A DNA stretch of 63,741 nt, filler included, from Octopus bimaculoides (lineage: Eukaryota): assembly GCF_001194135.2 (NCBI RefSeq). It is 5 parts of 3 records of this genome, joined end to end, with 100 filler letters (N's around TTAATTAATTAA, not from the genome) between each part and the next. Parts side by side here need not be neighbours in the genome. Positions count along the whole stretch, not along the records: positions 39,330 to 51,865 come from NC_068991.1; positions 51,966 to 61,526 come from NC_068991.1; positions 61,627 to 63,741 come from NW_026311281.1; 2 more parts are not named here. One strand, written 5' to 3'. Both the position numbers and the translations under genes were made by a program. Shown piece by piece: positions 50,623 to 63,617 of the stretch; position 1 is the first letter of the stretch, and every line of letters starts with the position of its first letter. The notes under the pieces are model-generated. The model had not been told where the DNA came from and made no database searches. It worked only from the letters and a program-made list of their open reading frames with translations.

Positions 50623-51210
50623 NNNNNNNNNNNNNNNNNNNNNNNNNNNNNNNNNNNNNNNNNNNNNNNNNNNNNNNNNNNNNNNNNNNNNNNNNNNNNN
50701 NNNNNNNNNNNNNNNNNNNNNNNNNNNNNNNNNNNNNNNNNNNNNNNNNNNNNNNNNNNNNNNNNNNNNNNNNNNNNNNNNNNNNNNNNNNNNNNNNNNN
50801 NNNNNNNNNNNNNNNNNNNNNNNNNNNNNNNNNNNNNNNNNNNNNNNNNNNNNNNNNNNNNNNNNNNNNNNNNNNNNNNNNNNNNNNNNNNNNNNNNNNN
50901 NNNNNNNNNNNNNNNNNNNNNNNNNNNNNNNNNNNNNNNNNNNNNNNNNNNNNNNNNNNNNNNNNNNNNNNNNNNNNNNNNNNNNNNNNNNNNNNNNNNN
51001 NNNNNNNNNNNNNNNNNNNNNNNNNNNNNNNNNNNNNNNNNNNNNNNNNNNNNNNNNNNNNNNNNNNNNNNNNNNNNNNNNNNNNNNNNNNNNNNNNNNN
51101 NNNNNNNNNNNNNNNNNNNNNNNNNNNNNNNNNNNNNNNNNNNNNNNNNNNNNNNNNNNNNNNNNNNNNNNNNNNNNNNNNNNNNNNNNNNNNNNNNNNN
51201 NNNNNNNNNN

Positions 51211-51258
<48 letters not shown>

Positions 51259-51729
51259 GGATTTTAAATGTACACTTTTGTCAATTATTGCAAAATGTAT
51301 TACATAAACCATCCGGGGGATCATTTGGGCCGTACATCTCAAGCTGAACCTACAGCAGAACCCGTACACAAGCAATGATATAGAAAAGCTTCCAACATCT
51401 TAAACCGATCTGTTATACAGTTACATCTGTCTATCCATTGAGATATGAAATGTACATGAATTATACGAACATTCATGATCATGTAACAATCAGGTTACAT
51501 CATTTAGGCCATTTTTTATTCAGTATTCCTCAAAAGTTTAGCGACTCAAGAAGGATTTCTGAAAATGAAATATATTCAGTTTTCTTATATTGCTAAATTT
51601 GTTCACCGAATATCAAACCTGAAATTAATCAGTACTTGATTAAGTTAGAGCTTCGAATTCTTTGAACAAATGAAGATCAGGTAGATATATATGAAGAACA
51701 CAAAGTCATATGATGTAATTTATATGCAT

Positions 51730-51808
<79 letters not shown>

Positions 51809-51965
51809 CATATATATATACATATATATATATACATAGATACATATATATATTTGTATATATACNNNNNNNNNNNNNNNNNNNNNNNNNNNNNNNNNNN
51901 NNNNNNNNNTTAATTAATTAANNNNNNNNNNNNNNNNNNNNNNNNNNNNNNNNNNNNNNNNNNNN

Positions 51966-51997
<32 letters not shown>

Positions 51998-52009
51998 TAA
52001 TTGTTCTCC

Positions 52010-52225
52010 ATACTTGACCGCGTGTGTATCGTTGGCGATTTTATTTCTCCCTCTTCCCTTCTTTGGACTTTTTCTTTGTTTCTGAGTGAAGAGCTCCGCC
52101 CGAAACGTGATATCCTCTTTCCTTTCTTTCTTTTCATGAGCGTCCAATAACACTGCACTTATTCCAGGTCCTCACGATGTTGTTTTTTCTTACTTGTTCA
52201 TGTTTGGATTGATTATATAGATATT
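52010..52225 (+). mobile_element. PLE-type tail related to the 20k/47.9k copies, older
   Basis: ctgagtgaagagctccgcccgaaacgtg...atgagcgtccaataacact...gtcctcacgatgttgttttttc. Confidence 0.65.
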
Positions 52226-52287
52226 TAGAAATATGCATGGATAGATAGATAGATACATACATACCTGGTACATAGATAGACAGACAG

Positions 52288-52349
<62 letters not shown>

Positions 52350-52789
52350 CGAGAGCGAGAGCGAGAGCGAGAGCGAGAGACAGCGAGGTAGATAGATAGA
52401 CGTATGTATCAGTATATCAATGTATGTTCCTGACTTCATTAACAATGTCACTATTAAACTGATATTTCCTTTTAACAACTCAGTGTAAATGTCATACCTC
52501 CACACAGGTAACACCCACCTGTGTCTCTATTATGCAAGATAAAGGAAGCTTAAACGATACCTGCATGAAATGTTAATTAGATATTGCGCAAATGACAGTC
52601 TTCGGTCTTATGAATGCTAATGTATATTTAATTACTTAACACTGGCTTCAAAGTAATAGATATACAAGTTTGGAATAACTTTGGTCACAGAAATGTACGA
52701 TTGCAATTGACTTCCGGCGAAAACTGATTGCAAGGTTACTTAGTGTGTAAACATTCTCTTTTAATTTTTATGCTTCACTGGATTCAGAC

Positions 52790-53330
52790 AGAGACCGTGG
52801 CCATGCTAGACCACTGTCTTTAAATGTATTTCGGTTTGTGTTCTATCCTGTTCCCCGTGCAGCGAGTTGAACGGAGCTCCTCTTCTTTGTGCCTCCAACC
52901 ACAACATGCGTTCATCTGGCGTTTTCTCCAGATGCTCATTGGAAACCTCCACATCTGCATCACTCAAATATCTGAGGAAGTTTGTCAGAACTTTTAATAG
53001 TTGTGGGCCCTCCAGATCCAAGCTCTTTGAGTACTGGGTCCTTATTTGATGTGGAGAAATCAGGGATATTTGTTACTATGCAGTGTCGTTAGTACAGTGA
53101 TTGGTAAAGCTTTCAATTTGAAAGTCGGAATCTAGACCTTACAGGAATTTCCATATGTGTACCGCTGCATATCTTTCACCTTTAGATTTTAGGGATAAGC
53201 GATTCAGTTTAGACTCTTCCAGTATCTCATCTGTTTCACCGATTCAATCTTCTTTGCGCAGTGGCGCCGGCTTGCATTACGTTTTGCCATTACTATATAA
53301 GCAACATCGAAATTTCCATCGAAAGCTACC
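52790..53330 (-). mobile_element. Decayed RTE-clade LINE C-terminal region
   Basis: LSLKSKGERYAAVHIWKFL*GLDS..IESFTNHC then EHLEKTPDERMLWLEAQRRGAP...QDR; cf. LSLKTK.R.Y.A.V...LLYG.E.W...LEAF...C and GHVERMPDER.....E.G.RRRGRP. Confidence 0.55.
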
Positions 53331-53445
53331 GTATGGAGTCGTTCATCAAAATTATATACATCTGGTGTCTATATAATTTTAACTAATCATTTTGTTCATT
53401 TTGTCTTCGTTTCTCTTCGTTCGTCTCTACTTTTCACTCTCTCTG

Positions 53446-53484
<39 letters not shown>

Positions 53485-55154
53485 GCGTATGTGTATCTTT
53501 GTGTGTGTGCGTGTCAGAGAGAGAGATGGGGGGGACGTGTGTGTGTGTGTGTGTGTGTGTTTATAACTGTTTTTCCCAAGAACAAGTTTGGTCATATGTC
53601 TGCAGCTTGCAACTTGACCTGGGGCTAAATGACAAAACACTGTGCCAAACCGAGACGTTTCTACAATCTTATCAATACTTAACAATAATCCTTTTATATA
53701 CATAATGTAAATGTCACAGTTTATATATATCAAAGATATCACATCTCCATATTCGAAGATACAATTAATATGCGCAAAAGTTATTGAAAATATTTTCATA
53801 GTCGACAATCAATATAAGTAAAACAAAAGACTCTACCTCTTTTGAGACGACAAAAAGAACCTGTCTATTGTAAAGCCAACTCTTTTATCACTGAAATATG
53901 TACTATAAGTTATTGAACATGTGCCAGCAATGAATAAATACACAAGAAATATTTATCTTATATATCTCAGTTTTCGGGCTATTAATCACAGCGAAGGAGT
54001 ATATATTTGCACGAATGCGCGAGCAACATTGATACTGTAGGTGAATAAGTAAACGCATTCTATAATTGAGCTGTCTACATATCTCAGATGACGTACTTTT
54101 AATACGATTTCAATTTTCCGGATTAATAAACTCATTTTTATAGGAAGTGTATATTCGTGAAATCTGTATCAACACCACGTTTCTATCGGTTCCCTCTCTT
54201 CCACCGTCAGCTATCTTTCTCAGATGCATAAAGTAGCAGCATGTGTGTGTGTGTGTATTTCTCTGTGTATTCAGGTATGTATTTATGTATGTATGTCGTT
54301 TTTAGCGTTTGTGTTTGAAGTAGATAAAGTTATAGATAATAGTGCGTAAAGTGTGGATTGAAATTAGCCCTACGATAGAAACAGTCGAAGGAAACCTGTT
54401 GGAATACGAGCTCACATCAGTAAACATTGACAGACGTTCGACATGTGCATATCTGCCTGCGTGTGTCTATTCGTATGTGTGCATGCATATATATTTTAAT
54501 ATGTATATAGGAGTATGTACGCATGTATGTGTGTGCGTGTGTATCTGTGTGTGTGCGTGTTTGTGTGTGTGTGTGTGAGAGAGAGAGACAGAGAGAGATT
54601 CGAAAAAAGTTTCGTTCATTGGCTCTCGAACGGTCATAAAATTGTTATTAATATCAACGACATACAATTCTCGATAACAAGAATAAATATATAAGAATTC
54701 GAAGGATTTCCTGTCATTTCTATCGGAGATGTAGTGTGGAGTTCCCAATAGGCATCCTTCGACTTTTCTTTTCAATCCAATATTTGCATGGTATTATTCA
54801 TAGCTTTAGTGGTGTGCGTGTGTGTATGTGTGTGTGTGTGTGTATGGAGGTATATATGTATGGATGTATACAATTATAAATACAGGCAAAAACGAAAAAA
54901 AAACTCCTTCCCAATATGTTGAAAAATAGAGGCTAAACAGTCTAACCACATAAAACATTTTCACTTATATTATTACACCACGGGGTTAGAAGATTAAACG
55001 TCTATTTTTCAGCATATTGGCAGAGAAATGTTTTCTTTCTGCGCTTATTTATGATTGAATTTATAATTTTCACCTTTAAAGGTATATTTCATACGATGGC
55101 CACTGATAAAAAATTTTAATAAGAACCATATATATATAACTTTTAATAAGTCAC

Positions 55155-55237
<83 letters not shown>

Positions 55238-56244
55238 GAGTGTGTGTGTGTGTGCATGGCCGCAACTCTGAGCTGAAATTTCAGAAAAAAATATGTAAGT
55301 AATATTCGTAGCCACTTTATCATGATTGAACGTTCGAGTGGATTCTACTTAAATTTTTTAACCCCAAGAGGACATTTCCTCTAACTGGTTAACGATGCAC
55401 AGCTGCATCAGGTAGGGATGCAAGCAGGCGGGCGAACCCATACCATCGCCTAGCGACGGGACCAGCATGCCAGTCCTGGTTTCGGGTTTCTTCTGCCGTT
55501 CCTCAGTACTGGACACCTCGCCTGTTAGAGATGATAGCTACTCGCCTCTTGCTTGCAATATAGATACTTCAGACGAAGACACAGTCGCTGATTTTACAAC
55601 AAGCAAAAATGCTAGTGCTAAAATCTCTCTAAGAGATCAACGCAGTAGTTGTACTCACAAGTATATATCTACTTACACACACACACATATTCATATATTA
55701 GTGATGATTTAGTCGCATCGTGTAAAAGGAAGATGATGTTCAGACACGAAATTTAGTATCCAGAGATACACACTTAGTATAATGGCCATGTGTATGTTAC
55801 CATATACTGAGAAACACACGGGTTATCAGTGGAACTGGTTGAAGGTACTTTGTGTTAACGTCCGTACGATGGACTGATCCTGCAGTTGAATAGCCCACCA
55901 TTGTTAAGCTTATTACACATGACATTTACATTGTGTTCCCAAATTCTCATTCTGCGTAATTCTCTTCCAATTTTACATTAATCTAAACAATAGTTTGTTC
56001 TGTGAGAGAATTTGTGTGCATTAAAGCTAAATATAAAATGAGTCCAATATGCTATTCAATTCGAAAGATGGAAGACAGATTCTTGCCAGGAGCAATTCGA
56101 AGTTAGAATACACCGAGTCTCAAGGGAATAAAGCATATTATATTTTCATTGCTCTAAGAGTCCTTTCAAGGAGCCCTCTCCCTCCCAATCATTTTACAAA
56201 AGCCATATTAAGTAGAAGGAAGGCTGTGAACTATCAAAACTGTT

Positions 56245-56430
56245 GGTACGCTAGGTAAAATACTTAGCGGTATGTTGTCTGTCGCAATGTTCTGAGTTCA
56301 AATTTCGCTGAAGTTGACTATGTCTTTTATCCCTTCGGGGTCGAGGAAATAAGTACCAGTAACGTTTTCGGGGTAATGTAATCGATTTACACCCTCCCCG
56401 AACTTGGTACCATTGTTCCACCAATTTGAA
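56245..56430 (+). mobile_element. SINE family A, degraded
   Basis: aaatacttagcggtatgttgtctgtcgcaatgttctgagttcaaatttcgctgaagttgac...cttcggggtcgag. Confidence 0.82.
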
Positions 56431-57028
56431 ACTAAAATGAATGAGAAAAGAAGTGACCTATAGAGATAACTCAACCGTTACTGTGTTGACCAAAACGAAA
56501 ATTCTAAGAAGAACGTTGAGAGATTTAAGTTCCGTATTAATAACTACTCGAGTGAAAGTTTGAAAATTATCTTTCGGAGTGCAATAAAAAGAAGCACCAA
56601 TCAGCCAAATGAACCGGTGTCAACCACTACACTACTTTCCGCTTAAACATATTGCGCCAATCCAATATTGCTAAGCGCAGGCATCTCCGGGTTTAATAAA
56701 ATAACTTGAATGATAAATACTCAGATTCCGAGTTTAGCGAAGTCATTTCGCACGATTATTAATAAAACTAGAAAAATAGGAAACGAATGATGTTCACACG
56801 CTCTCATATCCTCTTCTAATATATTTGTACAACCAATAAACATTCCAGAAAGTCTTATATGTAATAAAACGATCATTTTCTTTTCTTTTCTTCTCTTTTT
56901 TTTTTTTTTTGGAAGATGAAGAACATACAATTTTAAATATAAGTAAATAAAGGTATGACAGAAGCACGAGAAAGGAAATTAAAGGAACACGATCCCACTG
57001 ACTCCCCATATATTATACATACATACAT

Positions 57029-57065
<37 letters not shown>

Positions 57066-57716
57066 NNNNNNNNNNNNNNNNNNNNNNNNNNNNNNNNNNN
57101 NNNNNNNNNNNNNNNNNNNNNNNNNNNNNNNNNNNNNNNNNNNNNNNNNNNNNNNNNNNNNNNNNNNNNNNNNNNNNNNNNNNNNNNNNNNNNNNNNNNN
57201 NNNNNNNNNNNNNNNNNNNNNNNNNNNNNNNNNNNNNNNNNNNNNNNNNNNNNNNNNNNNNNNNNNNNNNNNNNNNNNNNNNNNNNNNNNNNNNNNNNNN
57301 NNNNNNNNNNNNNNNNNNNNNNNNNNNNNNNNNNNNNNNNNTATATATATATATATATATGTATATATATGTATGTATGGATGAATTCATGCATGTATTA
57401 GTGTGTGTCGTTGTGTCGGTGTGTTGGTGTGTGATTGTGTGTATGTATGTATGTATGTATGGATATAGAGAGAGGAAGTGGTGGTTATTTGTTCGTCGAC
57501 TGAAACTAATATGGTTGTGGTATGAAAAAACAGTGGCCGTTGTTCATGATGATCTTCATACCGGAGCTATCACTGCTGACTGGTACGATTTCATGAATCG
57601 TCCGGGTTGATTATGGTTTGTAACGCATGATATTGGATACGTATGCATATGCAAGCAGTTGTTGCATTTATACATATATATATACGTGTGTGTGTGAGGG
57701 CGGTATATATATGTAG

Positions 57717-57751
<35 letters not shown>

Positions 57752-57823
57752 TGTATACACACACACACACACCTACACACGTGCGCACGCACGCACATAT
57801 ATATGTATATAGGTGTTTGTGTG

Positions 57824-57858
<35 letters not shown>

Positions 57859-57994
57859 TCTATTACACGCACACCAGCACACACACACATATATATATAG
57901 TGCGAATTTACAAAACAAAAGAAACNNNNNNNNNNNNNNNNNNNNNNNNNNNNNNNNNNNNNNNNNNNNNNNNNNNNNNNNNNNNNNNNNNNNN

Positions 57995-58057
<63 letters not shown>

Positions 58058-59743
58058 CAAGTATAGATTCACAAATGCACAGTGTTAAGTATAGACGTGT
58101 GTCAATCGCTGAAAGGTCAATACAGAAAGACATCGTGATAAATGTTAGTTATATCAAATGACTTAATCTCTATTTCTCTTCTAGAGACTCACAAAGTTTG
58201 TCTAGTAGATTATATCTATCGCTCTCTTTATACACACGTATATTTATATATATATATACGTACATATGTATATGTGTGTGTATGTGTATAAATGTGTATA
58301 AATGTGTACATGTTTGTTTCTGTCTGTGTGTGTTTATGTACATTATTTAATAAACGTAGGAATATTGCATGAGATTCATGTTCGGATTATGCAGTAAATA
58401 AAGGGAAATTTAAAGCATTCCGTCCATACGTTGCGTCTCATCTTCGTGGCTACTCGATCAAGGAATACGAGAAGAAAACAGGATGGTTTACGCAATTTTG
58501 ATTATATCCTTTTAAGCCATTGAATGAGGTTATTGTTAGTTGTAACTGTTTATCGTCGTGCAAGACGTCAGGTAATAAACAACTATACCGAATGAGATAG
58601 TCGAAAGTAAGAAATACTTAAGTTCATTAGAGTGTGTGTTTAAATCGGAGACGTGGACGTTTTTGTTTGATAACAGGATCTTATGTGTTTAGTGTGCAAC
58701 TATGGTTATCTCTGAAGAAAAACAACGGGTATTAATGCAAGTAATCTCACCACCAAAAAAAAAAAAAAAAGAACATGAATCCACCAGCACTTCCTCTCTA
58801 CTACAACATATGACAATTCGGAATAACGAGTCTAAGATATAGAAATCCGGCAATACGCGTAACGTGTGAATTCCTTCATTAGCTGCCAAACGGATATCAA
58901 TGGGTTCGACCCCTGAGTGGTGCAATTCAACCCGGAGTTATGTACAGCGTTAAAAGCGTAAACGTTATCATGGAAACTAGAATAATCAGCAGATGCGAAG
59001 TAATAGCATAACATGTGTTGTCACTTCAAAGTAAGCAATTAGTATGAACTAGTTACTAAACAGTGCCTTTTCTATAAATAATTTACTCCGAACAAAGGAC
59101 ATTGTGATCTTAAATATTATAATACAAACGAACAAATGGAAAACATGCTATTCAACCTTTGATACTCGTATTAATAGCGCCAGCCTAAAAAAGAACAAAC
59201 GAAGAACTTAAAATATATAGACCATACAAGGCGCATAAGCTACTAGATACGTTATTTATCAATCTAGATCTTATCAGAAACACGATACCACGCCAAAAAT
59301 AAACCTAATAAAAATCTACTGGGAGAATATATCACAGAAGCAACGTCCTCGAACAATGTAGAAAGGAAAAGCTAAGCATTGATCAATATCTATAAAATAT
59401 GTTCAATATTACAAAATGAAATAAGCGAATAAGTAGCCTTTAAAAATAAAATAAAAGTAGGGGGAAACAAAAGTATTGAAATAAATAAATGAATAAAAAT
59501 AGAATTAGAATTAAATTACATGAAAAATTAGATGTCAAAAATGTATACAAAAGCAATAAAGACGGTGCAAAATCTATTTAAAACAAGTATATTTCCAACC
59601 TATGCACACACATACGTATATATATGTGTGCGTGGGTGGGTGTGTGTGTGTGTTTGCGTGTGTGTGTGTGTGCGTTTATATATACGACCTCACACACAAG
59701 CACACATACATAATACGTGCAAACATACTATCGTACATACACA

Positions 59744-60150
59744 CAGACATAGCAGAAGTAAATAGACACACCATAAAACATCGTTTTATATTTATCTTAA
59801 CTTGAAAAGGTGTATATTTTTTTATTAATTGACATTTTTATGTTTCAGGTTCTATACCTAAGTGTTTAATCATGCCACGTACAAAAGAAGCCTTGGAACT
59901 GTCCGAATATCAAATAAACCGTATTGTGGGTCAATGTGAAGGTGGACTTAGTCACCGTAAAATAAACGAAAACAACAGCGCTGTAAAGAATAATTCGTCG
60001 TGCGTATAACAACTGAAATTCTGCGTAGAAATGTGGTCAAATGCTCTGTTATAAAGACCGCGGGGACAATTATTTATAGTTGTAATAATTTCTTTTATTG
60101 TTTGCATGTTATTTGACATCTTCCGTTCATTTCACTTTTCTGTCTATTAG
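59744..60150 (+). mobile_element. Tc1-like internal deletion derivative
   Basis: ATG at 59872 gives MPRTKEALELSEYQINRIVGQCEGGLSHRKIN (Tc1 paired-like HTH start). It is soon followed by a C-terminal remnant SVIKTAGTIIY (cf. AVIKAKGG.TKY). The right TIR is weak. Confidence 0.7.
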
Positions 60151-60309
60151 AAATATATATTGGAACACTTGCGCAATAATTGCAGAGAAATTATATGCGA
60201 AACTGGAATATAATTTGTAAAACATTTAAAAAACTATACACATAAGAAATCTTGTATAGCCTTAAACATAATCATATAATGGTTTAAAATTCCTCCTCTC
60301 TTACATTCT

Positions 60310-60841
60310 GTCTCTCTCTATATATATATTTACATATATTTACACATAAAAATAAATATATATATACATATATACACATATATATACATAGATGCATACA
60401 TATATACATATATACATATATACATACATATAAAAACTGTATAATACATACAGGCACGCACGCATACACAGACACACAAATATAAACATATACATATATT
60501 TGAATATATGTATAATTATAAATTTTATAATACTTACAGGAACAGACGCATACACAGACACATATATATGAGTATATACATATATAAATATATATATATA
60601 TACGCATAAATATATATAAATATGTATATATACACATATATACATACATATATATACATATATAGATATGTATATATACATGCATACATACATACGTATA
60701 TATACATACATAAATACGTATACATATATATATATATATACATAAATATACATACATGCATATATATACATATATACATACGTATATGTACATATGTACT
60801 GACGTATATATACATATGTACATACGTATATATACACATAT

Positions 60842-60904
<63 letters not shown>

Positions 60905-60930
60905 CATAGATAGATAGATATAGGTATACA
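60310..60930. repeat. Long cryptic (TA/CA) microsatellite with (GATA)n block
   Basis: Directly visible; source of the 150-240 aa Y/I/C/V ORFs. Confidence 0.95.
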
Positions 60931-62539
60931 CATCTGTGAATGTGTATGTGTCCGATTGTATTAGCACATCTGCGGATATTGATGCGCATTTCATAAAAGA
61001 CAAAGAGAAATGCAGTTTAATTTGATATTTCGAATAGCTTTCGCTAAATCGTTTGTTGTTTGTTGTTTCAGTTTATTCTTTTGTTTCTTTATCTTTCCAT
61101 CATCTTACTGTTGAGTAATTTGTTAATTGTTTCAGAATACATTGAACGTACAGCAGTACATATATTACAATTATAACATTCTGTGCAAACGTACCTCCAC
61201 CATGACACACCGCATTTAATTGCAAATAGATATTCAATAACATTGAAAAGTAATTATTTCTTACATGTTTTAAACAGTTATGGATTTTTGGATACGGCTG
61301 TAAACAACTTACATCAATTCTTTTATTGACTGATGCTTGTCCCTATGGAAGAAGAAAATTTCTCTTACTCTCCCTAGAACGACCTTGCCATCTTGATTTT
61401 TCTCTGTACCTGGATGCGATGATGGCTTATTTGGAAAGAGAAATGTAAGGACGAAATAGGATATAACAATTAAGAAAAAACTTCCAGATAGTAACGATTG
61501 CTAATTGAGATATATATATATATATANNNNNNNNNNNNNNNNNNNNNNNNNNNNNNNNNNNNNNNNNNNNTTAATTAATTAANNNNNNNNNNNNNNNNNN
61601 NNNNNNNNNNNNNNNNNNNNNNNNNNTCCCTTGTATTTTTATTTACTTATTTTTTTACCTCCCTATACTGGAAGATTACCTATATATTATATACATACAT
61701 ACAGATACACATAATTATATACACACATATATGTAACGGTTAGATTTTAATTAGTGAATTTACCAATCATAAAGGGTAAGATTTGTTAGGTACACAATAT
61801 TATGAAATGTCGGAGTCGGCAGTTGTGACGATAAAAAATTTGTTGTTATAACATGTTGCAGGATGCAAAAGATGAACATTACATGAAGTTTTAAGGAAAC
61901 CATACCTTGACGGGCAGGTTATGATAAATCCAAAAACATGCGAAGTAAAGTTTGTGTTTGTGCCCTCTTCATTGTTTAGAGAGAGATAGAATGATGTTGT
62001 AAGAGAATAGAATTAGAGCTAGTGAGAGTTGTAGGATGTGGGACGTTGTCTCACAGTTGCTGACAGTAAACTTCATTTCTCCCTCTGGCCAAGGTTCTAG
62101 CTGGTCAGCCAGACTTCGTTCTCACTGAGTCATCACCATGTGACTGGACTCGTTGATTAGTCACCGACTGGTGACTGAACTAACTTTTTGCTTGGGGTTT
62201 CTTGTTTTTATAACTATCCAGAAGGATAGACATATCATTGAGAACAATAGATTTAGTTGGTGGTCTTGTTATCTCTATTCTAGCTTTTGGTGGTCTAGGA
62301 AAGGTTAGAAAGGTCAAGTGGTGAACACATTATTTCGGCCTAGCTGAATGCATCTGGAAAATGTAAAACTGCTGTCAGAGAAAAACCGTTGTTCTACCGT
62401 GGGAAAAATTCAGTCACAGTGTTAATTTAAATTTGGCTATAGTGGATCGAATCCACTTCATGCATGCAAGATCCACTACACATATATGCACATATATATA
62501 CACGCACACACATATACACACACACTCATATATATAACG

Positions 62540-63260
62540 TACGTAGAGGAAACAGCATGGAGAATAGGAGAGCAGGTAAATGAGCATTGGAGGGAACTTG
62601 AGGAAGAGAAGAGCTCATCGGTTCTGTACCAGCACTCCAAGCAGGAACACTCAACAACATAGAAGATAAAATCTTGTCCACACACAGAACAGACGCAACG
62701 CTTAGACAAATTACAGAAGTTACACACATAATAGAAGATAAACCTAGCCTGAATAGGAAACTGGAATGGAACACACCCGCAACACACCACAATATATGAC
62801 GGAATATGATCCCCATAAACTGATAACAATATGAACAAACTATAATACAATACACAGATAAACATATAGAATTAGATAACTATATACATTAACAATATAA
62901 ATTAAATTAAATACAAAAAAAAGGAAGAATAGAAAAAATAAGTAGGTATAACCACATGAACAAAAAAATAAATAAAAGCAAATTAAACTAACGTGTATAA
63001 ACAGGATACAGATAATACAGGCACTTCTCACCCCCCCTCACTTACTAAACGTAGACACACAGGGGTATATGTATGTGCAAATAAAGACACATACAATAGG
63101 AATACGAAATGGCTAGTAAGGTAAGACACAAATAAGAAAGAAGAGAACAAAGGACCACTGATGAGGTCACAGAAGTGTGATGAAAGAACTCTGGCTGAAA
63201 TACGATTAATATAAAATAAAGCTGGAGCAAATTGACACCAAATATATAGTGCTTGTGTTT
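62540..63260 (+). mobile_element. Penelope-like element 3' part: GIY-YIG fragment plus tail
   Basis: YVEETAWRIGEQVNEHWRELEEEKSSSVLYQHSKQEH then (frameshift) KILSTHRTDATLRQITEVTHIIEDKPSLNRKLEW; matches YVGET.R....R..EH...LRQI.EA..I....P.LN of PLE endonucleases. Confidence 0.88.
63155..63194 (+). ncRNA. Candidate minimal type I hammerhead ribozyme
   Basis: CCA-CUGAUGA-G-GUCAC(AGAAGU)GUGAU-GAAA-G(AA)C-UC^UGG: complete core, 5-bp stem II, 3-bp stem I (CCA/UGG), NUH triplet CUC. Confidence 0.62.
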
Positions 63261-63332
63261 TTATTGGCTAAACTGGCAACATAACCATCCTCAAATACAA
63301 CAATATATATATATATATATATACATATATAC

Positions 63333-63617
63333 AGTTATGAGGGAAAAACTTGGATCTTGAATTTTCCGAAGTCCTCTCCCCATCCTTTGGAAAAGATATT
63401 CCCCACAAATTATTTTATAATCGTAATGTATGCTGTTTCAAAGGTATTTCTATAAAATTTAATTGAAAAAACCCCATTTTCCTAAAAGTTATGAGGGAAA
63501 ACCTTGGATTTTGTGAATTTTCCGAAGTCCTCTCCCAACCAACTTGGAAAAGATTTTCTCCACAAATTTCTTCATAATCGTAATGTATGCTGTTTGAATG
63601 GTATTCTATAAAACCCC
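63333..63617. repeat. Diverged tandem duplication, period 154 bp
   Basis: Both units start agttatgagggaaaa and share ttttccgaagtcctctccc...ttggaaaagat...ataatcgtaatgtatgctgttt. Confidence 0.9.

Noticed and set aside
6563-54790. Several ATTTGCAT octamer motifs
   Set aside because: A handful is about what chance gives in AT-rich DNA of this length, and there is no snRNA or histone gene nearby.
55430-55520. HDV-like ribozyme resemblance (GGACUGGCAUG...GUCCC)
   Set aside because: No P1 partner on the minus strand and no room for P3/L3 on the plus strand.
2081-61003. Long ORFs in the track rich in X, CV, HT, YI, LS or ER
   Set aside because: They are translations of N-gaps and di/tetranucleotide microsatellites.
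20530-61582. TTAATTAATTAA islands inside N-gaps (about 20530, 39274, 51910, 61571)
   Set aside because: An identical 12-mer with stops in all six frames, always flanked by Ns. It is a scaffolding spacer, not biology.
61750-62200. Possible PLE N-terminal domain on the minus strand and a small agtcacc/ggtgact hairpin
   Set aside because: Similarity is limited to HNLPVK..LKLH across a frameshift; insufficient.
62476-62865. Cys-rich minus-strand ORFs (129 and 109 aa)
   Set aside because: They are the antisense of the GIY-YIG fragment plus microsatellite.
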